This document shows, in pieces, positions 27,890 through 37,123 of a DNA stretch of 64,000 nucleotides; the first letter of the stretch is position 1, and each line of letters begins with the position of its first letter. The notes beneath the pieces were generated by a model that saw only the letters and a list, made by a program, of their open reading frames with translations, was not told the origin of the DNA and did not search any database. Where the stretch lies: positions 197 to 64,196 of the forward strand of contig JAGWHU010000001.1 in the NCBI GenBank assembly GCA_028866575.1, in the 5' to 3' direction. The DNA comes from Candidatus Micrarchaeota archaeon. GTDB taxonomy: Archaea > Micrarchaeota > Micrarchaeia > Micrarchaeales > Micrarchaeaceae. The position numbers were made by a program, and so were the translations under genes.

Positions 27890-28465
27890 ATGGCAAATAA
27901 GATAGTCTTCGTTTGCGGTTCCCCTGGTGCGGGAAAGAGCACCATAGTAAATTCCATTGCAAAGGACAGGAAATACAAGGTCCTGAACATGGGAACCCTC
28001 ATGATGGACATTGCATTGAGCAAAAAATACGTGAAGGACAGGGACGAGCTGCGTTTCATGAGCAGGGAAAGGGTAAACGAGCTCCAGATCTTAACGTTTC
28101 AAAGGATATCCAAAATGAACGGCAACATAATACTTGACACGCATGCGACTGTCGAGGAGAACGGCAGGTACCTTCCGGGATTTGCGGTAAGCCACATAAA
28201 CCACCTCAAGAGGCTAGTGGGGTTCGTATACATAGATTCCCTTACAAGCGACATAGCTAAAAGGAGGAAGTCGGACAGGACCCGCAGGAGGGAAAACGAG
28301 AGGCTTGATTTCATAGACGTGCAGAGGGAGATAAACCTTTCCATACTTTCGACCTGCTCCACATACTTCGACATGCCGCTTTACGTGGTTTTCAACGAGC
28401 AGGGCAAGCTCAGGGAGAGCATAAAGCAGACAAAATCCCATCTTAAAGATATTTTCGGTGCTTAA
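27890..28465 (+). CDS. adkA: archaeal-type adenylate kinase (AdkA)
   Basis: 191 aa. P-loop GSPGAGKST. DTHATVEENGRYLPG is characteristic of the archaeal Adk family. Confidence 0.75.
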   Translation: MANKIVFVCGSPGAGKSTIVNSIAKDRKYKVLNMGTLMMDIALSKKYVKDRDELRFMSRERVNELQILTFQRISKMNGNIILDTHATVEENGRYLPGFAVSHINHLKRLVGFVYIDSLTSDIAKRRKSDRTRRRENERLDFIDVQREINLSILSTCSTYFDMPLYVVFNEQGKLRESIKQTKSHLKDIFGA

Positions 28466-28987
28466 ATGGGCCTTATACCTTCAATACCTTCACTCCCCAC
28501 AAATGTCGAGATAATAATAATAGTAATGGCATTGGCGTATACAGGAATATCAATCGCCGCGCAGAGGCTTCTCAGCAACCCGAAGAGGATGAGGGAGATC
28601 CAATCCAAGGTGCAGGCGCTGCAGAAGGAATTGAACAGCATGATGAAAAGCAATGCGCCGCAGGAGGAGCTGATGAAGAAGCAGAGGGAGATAATGCCGC
28701 TTCTCGGCGAGCAGATGAAGAGCAGCATGAAGCCCATGATTGTAATTTTCCCGCTGCTTATACTCACGTACTATGTCGTAATACCGCACATGCCGCTCCT
28801 TTCCAAGTATGTTTCTGCCTCGAAGAGCCTGTTCTTCATACTCGTGTTCATAATAGGCATCATAACCGCGATAGTTATATTCATCTACGACAGGAAGATG
28901 CTGAAGGAGGAGAGGGAGTTCAGGAAGGACGAGAAGATCATAGACCAGAAATATTCTGGTAATAACGGCCCGCAGAACAATCAATAA
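28466..28987 (+). CDS. DUF106 membrane protein (archaeal YidC/Oxa1/EMC3-like insertase homolog)
   Basis: 173 aa. TM – amphipathic/coiled region – TM. Conserved position between adk and L34e/cmk in archaeal genomes. Confidence 0.6.
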   Translation: MGLIPSIPSLPTNVEIIIIVMALAYTGISIAAQRLLSNPKRMREIQSKVQALQKELNSMMKSNAPQEELMKKQREIMPLLGEQMKSSMKPMIVIFPLLILTYYVVIPHMPLLSKYVSASKSLFFILVFIIGIITAIVIFIYDRKMLKEEREFRKDEKIIDQKYSGNNGPQNNQ

Positions 28988-29021
28988 ACCTTTCAATGCT
29001 AATATAGTTGTTTAACAAGGT

Positions 29022-29354
29022 GTGATTATGCCAAAACCAATGCACAGATCAAGAAGTTTCAAGAGATCTGACAGGATAACGCTCAAGGGAAGGCACGTTG
29101 TGCATTTCAAGAGGGCAAAGAACGAGTTCCCGCACTGCGCAATATGCAGGGTCGAGCTCAACGGGATAAGCATAAATTCAAAGAAGGGAGGGAGGTCAAG
29201 GAGGACAAACAGCAGGCTGTTCGGGGGCGTACTCTGCGCAAACTGCACGGCTGACGTTGTTAAGCTCGGCAGCAGGGTTGAGCAGGGCGAGATGAAGCTT
29301 GACGACATAAGCATAAGGCAGCGTGCATACGTGCTGCAGCTTGTAGCGCACTAG
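29022..29354 (+). CDS. rpl34e: ribosomal protein L34e
   Basis: 110 aa. Basic. CxxC…CxxC zinc-ribbon pattern (CAICRV…CANC). Confidence 0.7.
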   Translation: MIMPKPMHRSRSFKRSDRITLKGRHVVHFKRAKNEFPHCAICRVELNGISINSKKGGRSRRTNSRLFGGVLCANCTADVVKLGSRVEQGEMKLDDISIRQRAYVLQLVAH

Positions 29355-29372
29355 GCCCTTAGGGGCGTACCA

Positions 29373-29900
29373 ATGCCTAGGCTAATAATAACCATATCTG
29401 GCCTTACTGGATCAGGCAAAACCACGCTGGGCAGGAAGATAGGAAAGATGCTCGGTATAAGGCACATATGGAAGACGCACAAGGCGTTTTCGGGCAAGGC
29501 CAAGGTTGTGGAGTTCACCAGGAAGGCTTCTGTGGGCTTTGAAAGGTCGTTTGACAGGAATATAGTTGGCGAGGCCGGAAAGCAGGATTGCGTGGTGACA
29601 ACATGGCTAGGCCCGTGGCTGATAAAGGAAGCCAGTGTCAGGGTGTGGCTCTATGCAGATATTGGCTCGCGAATAAGGAGGAAGGCTGATGAATTGAAGG
29701 TTTCTGCAGTCATGGCAAGGAAATACGTAGAGGAAAAGGACAAGCTTAATAAGGTGCGTTTTAAAAAGATTTACGGCATAGACATCGATGATCATGGCGG
29801 CTTTGACCTGCTTATCAACACGTCAAGGCTGTCCCCGGGGCAGTGCGCCAACATGGTAATATTTCTCACCCAGGAGAAGATGAAGAAAAAATTCGCGTGA
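29373..29900 (+). CDS. cmk: archaeal cytidylate kinase
   Basis: 175 aa. P-loop SGLTGSGKTT. Confidence 0.7.
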   Translation: MPRLIITISGLTGSGKTTLGRKIGKMLGIRHIWKTHKAFSGKAKVVEFTRKASVGFERSFDRNIVGEAGKQDCVVTTWLGPWLIKEASVRVWLYADIGSRIRRKADELKVSAVMARKYVEEKDKLNKVRFKKIYGIDIDDHGGFDLLINTSRLSPGQCANMVIFLTQEKMKKKFA

Positions 29901-29904
29901 TACA

Positions 29905-30159
29905 ATGGCATTATTGGAGCAGGGAAGAGTCTGCATAAAGAAATACGGAAGGGACGCAGGAAGCAGGGCGGTGATAACAAAGGTTCTGGACGGCGGTTTT
30001 GTCAACGTAATAACTGCTGTAAGGCACAAGGAGAGGAGATGCAACGCAAGGCACCTGGAATTCCTCAACGAGAAGATAGACGTCAGTGACACAGCACAGG
30101 TAAACAAGACGCTCGGAATAAAACCAAAGGAAGAGCCAAGGGCAAGGAAGGCGAAGTAG
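29905..30159 (+). CDS. rpl14e: ribosomal protein L14e
   Basis: 84 aa. KOW-like GRVCIKKYGRDAGSRAVIT…RRCNARHLEF. Confidence 0.7.
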   Translation: MALLEQGRVCIKKYGRDAGSRAVITKVLDGGFVNVITAVRHKERRCNARHLEFLNEKIDVSDTAQVNKTLGIKPKEEPRARKAK

Positions 30160-31362
30160 CTATTCGTTTCCGTTCAGGAACTCCATAGCCTCCTTCAGCA
30201 CCTTTTCCTTCTTGGAGTCGTTGCTAAGTATGCCGAAGAGCTGCTCGTGGTCAATTTTTTCGTCGAATTTCTGCTCCTTGAGCTTTTCGGAAAGCATCTT
30301 CATCCCCAGATCCTTAACGGGAATGCTCCCTATCTTGTTGTCCCTAAGCTCCTCTATGCTGGACTGCAGCTCTGGATTCAACAGCTTTGAGTTGTCTATC
30401 TCTATTACCGCTTTTTGGGAATACTTCATGAGTATTGACTGTAATGGCATGTCGGTGCTCCCGAAACCGGATTCTATGGTGCCGCGTAGCTTCAGCCTTA
30501 TTATCGGTTTAGTCTCATGCCTGTCCAGGATCTCGTCGATCTTGCCCTCGCACCTTTCCTTGACGTCCTTGGGCCTTGCCATATCGAAATCAAGTTCTAC
30601 CGATACGAAAGGCCTTGATTTTATCTTTACGAATTCGTACCTATAGGTTGAGGTATCAAACAGTATGAACCCCTTGCCGTTCTGCTCGCCGTCCTTGAGC
30701 TGCGTCAGGACCGTGCTTCCAGGTATTAGGAGCTTCTTGCCGTGCACGTCTGCTTCAACCATGTTGTGTATGTGCCCGTCAACGTACAGGTCAAACCCTT
30801 TCGGCAGATCGTCATAATGAATGAAATCCTCGCTGAAAGGAAGCAGTTCATACGTTGACTGGTGGAACATGAATATGTTGAATGCGCCGCTTACCGGCCT
30901 TGGTTTGAGCTCCTTGAGCGACTCCATAACCATTTCCTCGGACAGGCCACCCAACCCGAATATCGCGACCTTTTCGCCGCCTTTGCCCACTATCGTAGTC
31001 GCCTCGCTGGTATCTACAACGAGCCCTGCAAGTCCCAAAAGGCTGAACGGGTTTTCCTTTCCGAACGCCGTCCTTTCGTGGGTTCCGGATATTCCGATTA
31101 CAGGCACATCCGTGTGAAGATTGCTTCCTGTGAAGCCTATAACTTTCGCATCCCATTTCTTTTGCGATAGTTCCCTGAAGATGTTTATCGCCTGGGCTAT
31201 TACTTCTGGCTTCGGGGAGCGTTTGTCGAAGATGTCACCAGGCATTATTATCAGGTCTGCAAGCTCGCTTGCCTTTTCAAGGGCCTCCTTAGCCTGTACG
31301 TATGCATCCTCGGCGAAGCGCTCGTACCCTATGTGCATATCTGACACTATTGCAACTTTCAT
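30160..31362 (-). CDS. mre11: Mre11/SbcD-family DNA-repair metallophosphoesterase
   Basis: Phosphoesterase motifs SDMHIG, GDIFD, GTHE, GHIH. Likely start MKVAIVSDMH at 31362 (the ORF track extends to 31425). No rad50 adjacent. Confidence 0.6.
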   Translation of the reverse strand: MKVAIVSDMHIGYERFAEDAYVQAKEALEKASELADLIIMPGDIFDKRSPKPEVIAQAINIFRELSQKKWDAKVIGFTGSNLHTDVPVIGISGTHERTAFGKENPFSLLGLAGLVVDTSEATTIVGKGGEKVAIFGLGGLSEEMVMESLKELKPRPVSGAFNIFMFHQSTYELLPFSEDFIHYDDLPKGFDLYVDGHIHNMVEADVHGKKLLIPGSTVLTQLKDGEQNGKGFILFDTSTYRYEFVKIKSRPFVSVELDFDMARPKDVKERCEGKIDEILDRHETKPIIRLKLRGTIESGFGSTDMPLQSILMKYSQKAVIEIDNSKLLNPELQSSIEELRDNKIGSIPVKDLGMKMLSEKLKEQKFDEKIDHEQLFGILSNDSKKEKVLKEAMEFLNGNE

Positions 31363-31493
31363 TTCCCCACGCAAGAACTTGATGCATATATTACCCACTT
31401 GTACTATAAATAAGTTTATGGGCAAGGATGACGATACCTTGGCTAAGCCGCAGGCTGGGAAACAAATAAATATATCGGCTGCGTTTTATCCTC

Positions 31494-32507
31494 ATGGCAG
31501 TAACTGCGAGGCCGATTGCAGGCGATAAGCCCAGAGGGAGCGGAGCCATAGGCGACATTTATCCGGAGAGGCAGTTCGGCGGGCTTGGGGCTTCGTATAA
31601 CGGCGCTGCTGCAATCATTGCAGACCTAATCATTATAATCGTGTTCGTACTTGCGGGATTGTATTTTGGAAGCGTCGTTGGCGCACTCATAGCGCTCCTT
31701 GTGGGCATCATATTCGTGTCGATAGTTTCAGTGAGAATAATAAAGGAATGGAACAGGGTAGCCGTTCTCAGGCTGGGCAAGTTCGTGGGCATAATAGGGC
31801 CAGGCGTCTTCCTGATTATGCCCTTCATAGAGTCAACCCCGATAACCGTTGACACGAGGGTAATAAGCACCACGTTTACAGCAGAGAAGACGCTTACAAA
31901 GGACAACGTTCCCGTGGATGTCGATGCGATACTTTTCTGGAGGGTGCATGACCCGCAGAACGCGATACTCAATGTGCAGAACTATACCGATGCCGTTCTG
32001 CTTGCGTCGCAGACCGCGCTCAGGGACATCATAGGAAAAAGCGAGCTTTCCGACATGCTTGCTGGAAGGGACATAATCGGGAAGGACATACAGGAGCTCA
32101 TAGAGGAAAGGATACAGAACTGGGGCACAGACGCGATATCGGTGGAGATAAGGGACGTGAAGATACCTGATGAGCTGCAAAACGCCATGGCAAGGGTCGC
32201 CACGTCTGACAGGGAGAAGCAGGCCAGGGTCATACTTGCGGAGAGCGAATCTCTTGCAGCGGACAAGATGATAGAGGCAGCGGCAAAATACGAAAGGGAT
32301 CCTTATGCGATGCAGCTCAGGGCGCTGAACGTGATGTACGAGATAAGCACCAGCGGCAAGAACCTCATAGTGTTCATACCTACGGAGAACAAGGGATTCA
32401 GCATGCCCACGCCGATAGGCATAATGGGCCTTGAGGAGGCGATGAAAAGGACGCAGCAGGGCCAAGAAAAGAAAGACAAGGGCAAGAAGCAGGAGCAGGG
32501 CGCATGA
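31494..32507 (+). CDS. SPFH/band-7 (stomatin/prohibitin-like) membrane protein
   Basis: 337 aa. N-terminal TM. SPFH core (…VAVLRLGKF…DTRV…). Basic, Lys-rich C-terminus. Confidence 0.65.
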   Translation: MAVTARPIAGDKPRGSGAIGDIYPERQFGGLGASYNGAAAIIADLIIIIVFVLAGLYFGSVVGALIALLVGIIFVSIVSVRIIKEWNRVAVLRLGKFVGIIGPGVFLIMPFIESTPITVDTRVISTTFTAEKTLTKDNVPVDVDAILFWRVHDPQNAILNVQNYTDAVLLASQTALRDIIGKSELSDMLAGRDIIGKDIQELIEERIQNWGTDAISVEIRDVKIPDELQNAMARVATSDREKQARVILAESESLAADKMIEAAAKYERDPYAMQLRALNVMYEISTSGKNLIVFIPTENKGFSMPTPIGIMGLEEAMKRTQQGQEKKDKGKKQEQGA

Positions 32508-32513
32508 GCGGCA

Positions 32514-33521
32514 TTAATCTGCTGCATTTCCCTTTCCGGATGTCTTTTCCCTTATTTCCTCAATGAACCTTTCCATTAGCAATTGTGCGCCATCCCTGTT
32601 TGAGCCGTATGCCCCGGCAGCGCATGGGTGCCCGCCGCCCTGGCCGTTCACCAACGGGGCAAGGGACTTCATGATCCTTCCGAGGTTTATCCCGTATTCC
32701 CTGTCAAGCGTAGGCCTCAGCCTTGCAGAAAACGATATTTCAGCGTTGTTTGACGTGTAGAACAGCGCCACGTCAGCACCTATCTTTATTGCATCGTCTG
32801 CTATCTTATTTGCATGCACATGGGCGCTTCCGTACAGCATTAGAACCGACTTGCTCCTGATTATCTTGGAGCTGAACAGGTCTGTTATGAACCCCTCCCT
32901 GTTATGCACAGGGGCTATGTGCTGCATGTCGAGGAGTAGCGATTGGTAGTCCATGCCTCCATTCTGCAACAGCTCGCCGAGCTGCACGAACGTGTTCGGG
33001 AATGCGTTTCTTAGCTCCGCGGAATCGGATATTATCCCTGCCGCAATGAGCCTCGATGTATTTTCGTTTGCCTTGAAGCCCAATGATTTCATAATTTCGT
33101 ATACGATGCTTGCGGTTGAGTTATATGACTCGTCGTTGAACACGTACACGTTGTCCTGATCCATCGGGTTGGGTGTATGGTGATCGATTATTATTATCCT
33201 GCCCCTGAAGCCCTCCAGTTCCTTCCTGAACGCGCCGCAGTCCGCAAAATTGTTTACGTCAAGGAGCACAACCGCATCCGCATTCCTGTCGAATTCTGTT
33301 TTGACTGATTGATCATCGAACCCGAATCTCTTGAGTATGCGCCGTGAATTGCCTGTTATGAAATCAGGAGTAGCTATGGCGGCATTTTTAAGGATGCTGC
33401 GGATTGCGAATGAAGACGACACTGAATCGGTGTCGCCTATTGAGTGGAAAGTTACGAGCACTTTCTTACCGGAGATTTCGTTTATTGCATGCTTGAGCGA
33501 CTCGAAATCTAGCTCTTTCAT
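32514..33521 (-). CDS. DHH/DHHA1-family phosphoesterase (RecJ-like/nanoRNase-like)
   Basis: 335 aa. IIIIDHH motif. GGGHPCAAGA (DHHA1). Confidence 0.7.
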   Translation of the reverse strand: MKELDFESLKHAINEISGKKVLVTFHSIGDTDSVSSSFAIRSILKNAAIATPDFITGNSRRILKRFGFDDQSVKTEFDRNADAVVLLDVNNFADCGAFRKELEGFRGRIIIIDHHTPNPMDQDNVYVFNDESYNSTASIVYEIMKSLGFKANENTSRLIAAGIISDSAELRNAFPNTFVQLGELLQNGGMDYQSLLLDMQHIAPVHNREGFITDLFSSKIIRSKSVLMLYGSAHVHANKIADDAIKIGADVALFYTSNNAEISFSARLRPTLDREYGINLGRIMKSLAPLVNGQGGGHPCAAGAYGSNRDGAQLLMERFIEEIREKTSGKGNAAD

Positions 33522-33522
33522 T

Positions 33523-33879
33523 TCAATCCTGCTGCTTAAAATCCTTGAGGGCTGTTGTTATGTCGCTTCTCAAGGACTGCTCCTTCTTTGAGGCCTCGTC
33601 GAACTGCTTTTCCACTATAGTGAGCCTCATCGCGTTGGAGTCCTGCTTTTCCTTGAGGCTCTTGATTGCAGTGTCCTTGTCAACGTCAACCATTATTCCG
33701 CCTATGGCGAGAAATATCTTCCCCTTTGCCTTCTCCGCCTCTTCCACCGCCTGCTTGAGCTCCTCCTTCTGCCCTTTGAACTGCTCCTTCTGCATTGCAA
33801 GCGCCTGGAGCTGCTCCTGCAGTTGCTGGTAGTCCCTTGTCAGTTTTTCCAGTTGGTCCCTTTCCATATGATCACTCAC
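33523..33879 (-). CDS. pfdB: prefoldin beta subunit
   Basis: 118 aa. Coiled-coil – beta hairpin – coiled-coil layout. Confidence 0.6.
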   Translation of the reverse strand: MSDHMERDQLEKLTRDYQQLQEQLQALAMQKEQFKGQKEELKQAVEEAEKAKGKIFLAIGGIMVDVDKDTAIKSLKEKQDSNAMRLTIVEKQFDEASKKEQSLRSDITTALKDFKQQD

Positions 33880-34973
33880 TTGTCCACTTCCCCCAATACC
33901 ACATCAAGGCTTCCCAGTATTGAGAATATGTCAGCGAACTTTACCTTTTCCGTTAATACGTTTAATACTGCGAGGTTTATAAATGTGGGGGACCTCAGCG
34001 ATATCCTGTAGGGCCTTTGCTTGTCTGGTATCATGTATATCACACCTTCACCCCTTGGAAGCTCCCTGCTTACAAGAACCGGGTCTGGCTTTGCGCTTGG
34101 GCCTATGAGCTTTATGGGCATACCCTTTACGTCGCCATCCTCGGGCATGATCTCTAGCAGCTTGCGTATTATCCTTATGCTCTGGATCATTTCCTCGTAC
34201 CTAACCTTGTACCTGTCGAAGTTGTCGCCCTGCCTTCCTGTTGGAACCCTGAACTTCACCTTGTCATAAACATAATACGGGCTTGATTTCCTTGCGTCAT
34301 CCATTACCCCAGAAGCCCTGAGCACGGGCCCGCTGACCCCGTAGTTTATTGCATCCGCCTTGCTTAGCCTTCCTATGCCCTTGGTCCTTTCCATGAATAC
34401 AGGATTGCCCTCAAGCACGTCGGGATATTCCAATATCTTCCCTTCGAGGTAATCTGCTAGGGAGTGCGACCTTTCCCGAAAATCCGGAGGAAGCTCCTGG
34501 TTGAGCCCGCCCAGCCTGAGGTTGACGTAGAACATCCTGCCTCCCGAGACATCCTCAAGAAGGCGCAGCACCTTCGCTCTTTCCCTGAAGGCCCAGCAGA
34601 AAACCGTAAGCAGCTGGCCCATGTCGTTGCACAATGTTCCGAGCCAAAGCAGATGGCTCGCTATCCTTTGGAACTCAAGCAGTATGGCCCTTGCATATTG
34701 CGCCCTTTCCTTTACCTCTATGCCTATCGCCTTCTCAACCGCGGATACGTATAGGTCGTCCCAGCTGAGCGGCGCTATGTAATCCAGCTTCTCGGTATAT
34801 GAAGGGTTCTGCATGTACATCCTGGTTTCCATCAGCTTCTCCACGCCCCTGTGCAGGAATCCGATGTGGGGCTCTACCCTTTGCACGGTATCTCCGTCGA
34901 CATCAACTATCAGCCTGAGCACCCCGTGCGTGCTTGGATGTATCGGCCCCACGTTTATCCTCATTATAGCCAT
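33876..34973 (-). CDS. nuoD: NADH-quinone oxidoreductase subunit D (49-kDa / NiFe-hydrogenase large-subunit-like)
   Basis: 365 aa. MRINVGPIHPSTHGVLRL N-terminus. Confidence 0.85.
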   Translation of the reverse strand: MAIMRINVGPIHPSTHGVLRLIVDVDGDTVQRVEPHIGFLHRGVEKLMETRMYMQNPSYTEKLDYIAPLSWDDLYVSAVEKAIGIEVKERAQYARAILLEFQRIASHLLWLGTLCNDMGQLLTVFCWAFRERAKVLRLLEDVSGGRMFYVNLRLGGLNQELPPDFRERSHSLADYLEGKILEYPDVLEGNPVFMERTKGIGRLSKADAINYGVSGPVLRASGVMDDARKSSPYYVYDKVKFRVPTGRQGDNFDRYKVRYEEMIQSIRIIRKLLEIMPEDGDVKGMPIKLIGPSAKPDPVLVSRELPRGEGVIYMIPDKQRPYRISLRSPTFINLAVLNVLTEKVKFADIFSILGSLDVVLGEVDK

Positions 34974-34976
34974 GTC

Positions 34977-35357
34977 CTACAGCCTCTTGTAATTCGGGTT
35001 GCCCCAAATGAACCCCTTCCTGAGCGGGGGCTCTGAGCCGTTCCATTTCTCCAGCAAAAGCCTCTTGGATTTCCTTCCGGTGATCTTTATCCCGAACATC
35101 TCCGCCATTTCACGCTCGTACCAGTCGGCGGCCTTGTATATACCAATTACGGATTCTATCGACGGGTCTTTCGGATCTAGCTTCACCTTGACTATTTCGG
35201 TCTTGCCGCTTGAGGTGCCGTACAGTATGTACACTGCCTCGATATGGCTGACATAGTCGACAGCCGTTATCTTCTTCAGGTAGTCAAATCCTCCTGTTTT
35301 CAGTTTTCCTAACGTTTTCGCTAATGCTTCTCTCTGAATTTCCTGCAATCTTTCCAC
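34977..35357 (-). CDS. nuoC: NADH-quinone oxidoreductase subunit C (30-kDa)
   Basis: 126 aa. …AADWYEREMAEMFGI… motif. The 5' end overlaps the nuoB 3' end by about 74 nt as drawn. Confidence 0.7.
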   Translation of the reverse strand: MERLQEIQREALAKTLGKLKTGGFDYLKKITAVDYVSHIEAVYILYGTSSGKTEIVKVKLDPKDPSIESVIGIYKAADWYEREMAEMFGIKITGRKSKRLLLEKWNGSEPPLRKGFIWGNPNYKRL

Positions 35358-35919
35358 CTATTTTTTCCTGCAGCTTCATGAGCGCCGCAAAAAGGTTCTC
35401 CGGTTTAGGAGGGCATCCTGCAACATACACGTCGACAGGCAATACCTGGTCTATGCCCTGTATTATGTTGTAGCTCTCCCACCATGGCCCTCCAGACGTT
35501 GCACATTCCCCATAGGCTATTACGTAGTTTGGCTTTGACATCTGCTCGTACAGCCGCTTGACCCTGGGAACCATAGCTTTTGTCACCCATCCGGCAACCA
35601 CCATTACGTCGCACTGCCTGGGCGTGCTCCTGAACAGCAGGTATCCCTTCCTTTCGGCATCTATCCTTGAGGCTCCGAAGTCCATTAGCTCTATCGCACA
35701 GCAGGCAAGACCGAACTGCATGGGCCATACGGACTTCTCGTTGCCCCATTTTATGAAGGGCTTAGCTGTTGCCTTTGACATGTCGCTGAGCTTGGCAAAT
35801 ACGGCGTTTGTGGGTATCTTGTACTTCTTTGACGATTCCTCGAGTATCTTGTTCATTTCCTGCTCTGCATTCATGAATTCCTCTTTCGTGTAAGGCGCTT
35901 CCTTGTTTGGGTCGTCCAT
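35284..35919 (-). CDS. nuoB: NADH-quinone oxidoreductase subunit B (20-kDa, N2 cluster)
   Basis: 211 aa. GLACCAIE…GCPP Cys motifs. Confidence 0.85.
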   Translation of the reverse strand: MDDPNKEAPYTKEEFMNAEQEMNKILEESSKKYKIPTNAVFAKLSDMSKATAKPFIKWGNEKSVWPMQFGLACCAIELMDFGASRIDAERKGYLLFRSTPRQCDVMVVAGWVTKAMVPRVKRLYEQMSKPNYVIAYGECATSGGPWWESYNIIQGIDQVLPVDVYVAGCPPKPENLFAALMKLQEKIGGKIAGNSERSISENVRKTENRRI

Positions 35920-36297
35920 TCAACCACTTGCGATCCTGTATCCCACGAGGGCCAGTGCCGTTGAAAGCACACCAAGCACCATCATGGCCATCCCGGCAGC
36001 GAATCCGGAGCTTCCTGCAACGAGTGACCATAGTAGCAGCGCCACCATTATCACCTCGAAGGGCAGGAATATCATGAAATGCGGGAGGTACTCGTTGTCT
36101 ATGTCCCTGCTGCTGCCAATGGTCTCCTCTCCGCTCTCGTACGGCGCGTTCTTCACAGGGTTTCCCTTCCTTCCTCTGCCTATCAGCTTAAAGGTGAGTA
36201 TGAAAGACGCAGGCATAAAAGCAGCAAATGCAACGAATACCACCAGTGCAAAGTAATTATACAACATCCGCGTACCCCTAGATATTATAAATTTCAT
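35920..36297 (-). CDS. nuoA: NADH-quinone oxidoreductase subunit A
   Basis: 125 aa. 3 TM. …FLPFEVIMV… motif. First gene of the nuoABCD run. Confidence 0.7.
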   Translation of the reverse strand: MKFIISRGTRMLYNYFALVVFVAFAAFMPASFILTFKLIGRGRKGNPVKNAPYESGEETIGSSRDIDNEYLPHFMIFLPFEVIMVALLLWSLVAGSSGFAAGMAMMVLGVLSTALALVGYRIASG

Positions 36298-36337
36298 CTA
36301 TAAAACCTTTATGTTGCTTCCTGGCAGGTGAATTTGA

Positions 36338-37123
36338 GTGGTTTGCTTCGTTTATTCCAAGGACGTCACATCATCAAACATAGCCAGCTCGCTGAAGGCA
36401 GAGTTGGGCCTTGAGGAAGCAGAAAGTTTCCATGGAATGAGGAGTTTCGTGGCCGACAGGATAAGGATGATAGAGATAAGTGACGCGCTCGTGCATGCGG
36501 AGTCGCTTGACGGCATACTTGACGACACGGCGATATTCCTGAGCAGGCATAGCAGCAGCATGGGCATAGCCTCGTTTACAGTACATGCGGAGGGAAACTG
36601 GTCATCTGAGAATCCGCTTGGCGGAAGGCCAAAATCCCTGAGCGTTTCATCGCCAGTGGGCATGATTAAGGTGCTTGGTGCCATAGGCAGGATGAACATT
36701 TCTGGCATGGGCACCACGTATGAGGCCACGCATCACGGCCCGTATCTTGATAATCCGTCGTTTTTTGTCGAGCTGGGGGGAAACGAGGACATGATGAAAA
36801 GCGTGGCGCATGCCAAGCTCATCGCTTCTGCGATAGCAGTTTCGCTGGATGAAGAGCCAGAGTACGACAAAATAGCGGTAGGGATAGGGGGCATGCACTA
36901 CCCTGAAAAATTCACAAGACTCGCGCTTGAGGGCAAATATGCATTCTCTCACATAATGCCCAAATACCACATAGCGTGCATCGACATGCTCGGCAGCGCG
37001 TTTGAGAGGAGTGACATCGGTGCCGAAATTGCAGTAATAGAATGGAAAAGCATAAAAGCGGTTGGAAGAGAAATGATAGTTAGAGAACTTAATCGGTTAG
37101 GTATAGATTATGCGAAAGTATAA
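36338..37123 (+). CDS. dtdA: archaeal-type D-aminoacyl-tRNA deacylase (DtdA)
   Basis: 261 aa. N-terminus …YSKDVTSSNIASSL… resembles the DtdA family signature. Confidence 0.55.
   Translation: MVCFVYSKDVTSSNIASSLKAELGLEEAESFHGMRSFVADRIRMIEISDALVHAESLDGILDDTAIFLSRHSSSMGIASFTVHAEGNWSSENPLGGRPKSLSVSSPVGMIKVLGAIGRMNISGMGTTYEATHHGPYLDNPSFFVELGGNEDMMKSVAHAKLIASAIAVSLDEEPEYDKIAVGIGGMHYPEKFTRLALEGKYAFSHIMPKYHIACIDMLGSAFERSDIGAEIAVIEWKSIKAVGREMIVRELNRLGIDYAKV

Noticed and set aside
34977-35357. The 74-nt overlap between nuoB and nuoC as a possible frameshift or fusion
   Set aside because: Both products align with their families over their full lengths, as far as I can judge from the motifs. The overlap probably reflects an over-extended nuoC start call or a genuinely overlapping pair. 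There is no evidence of fusion.
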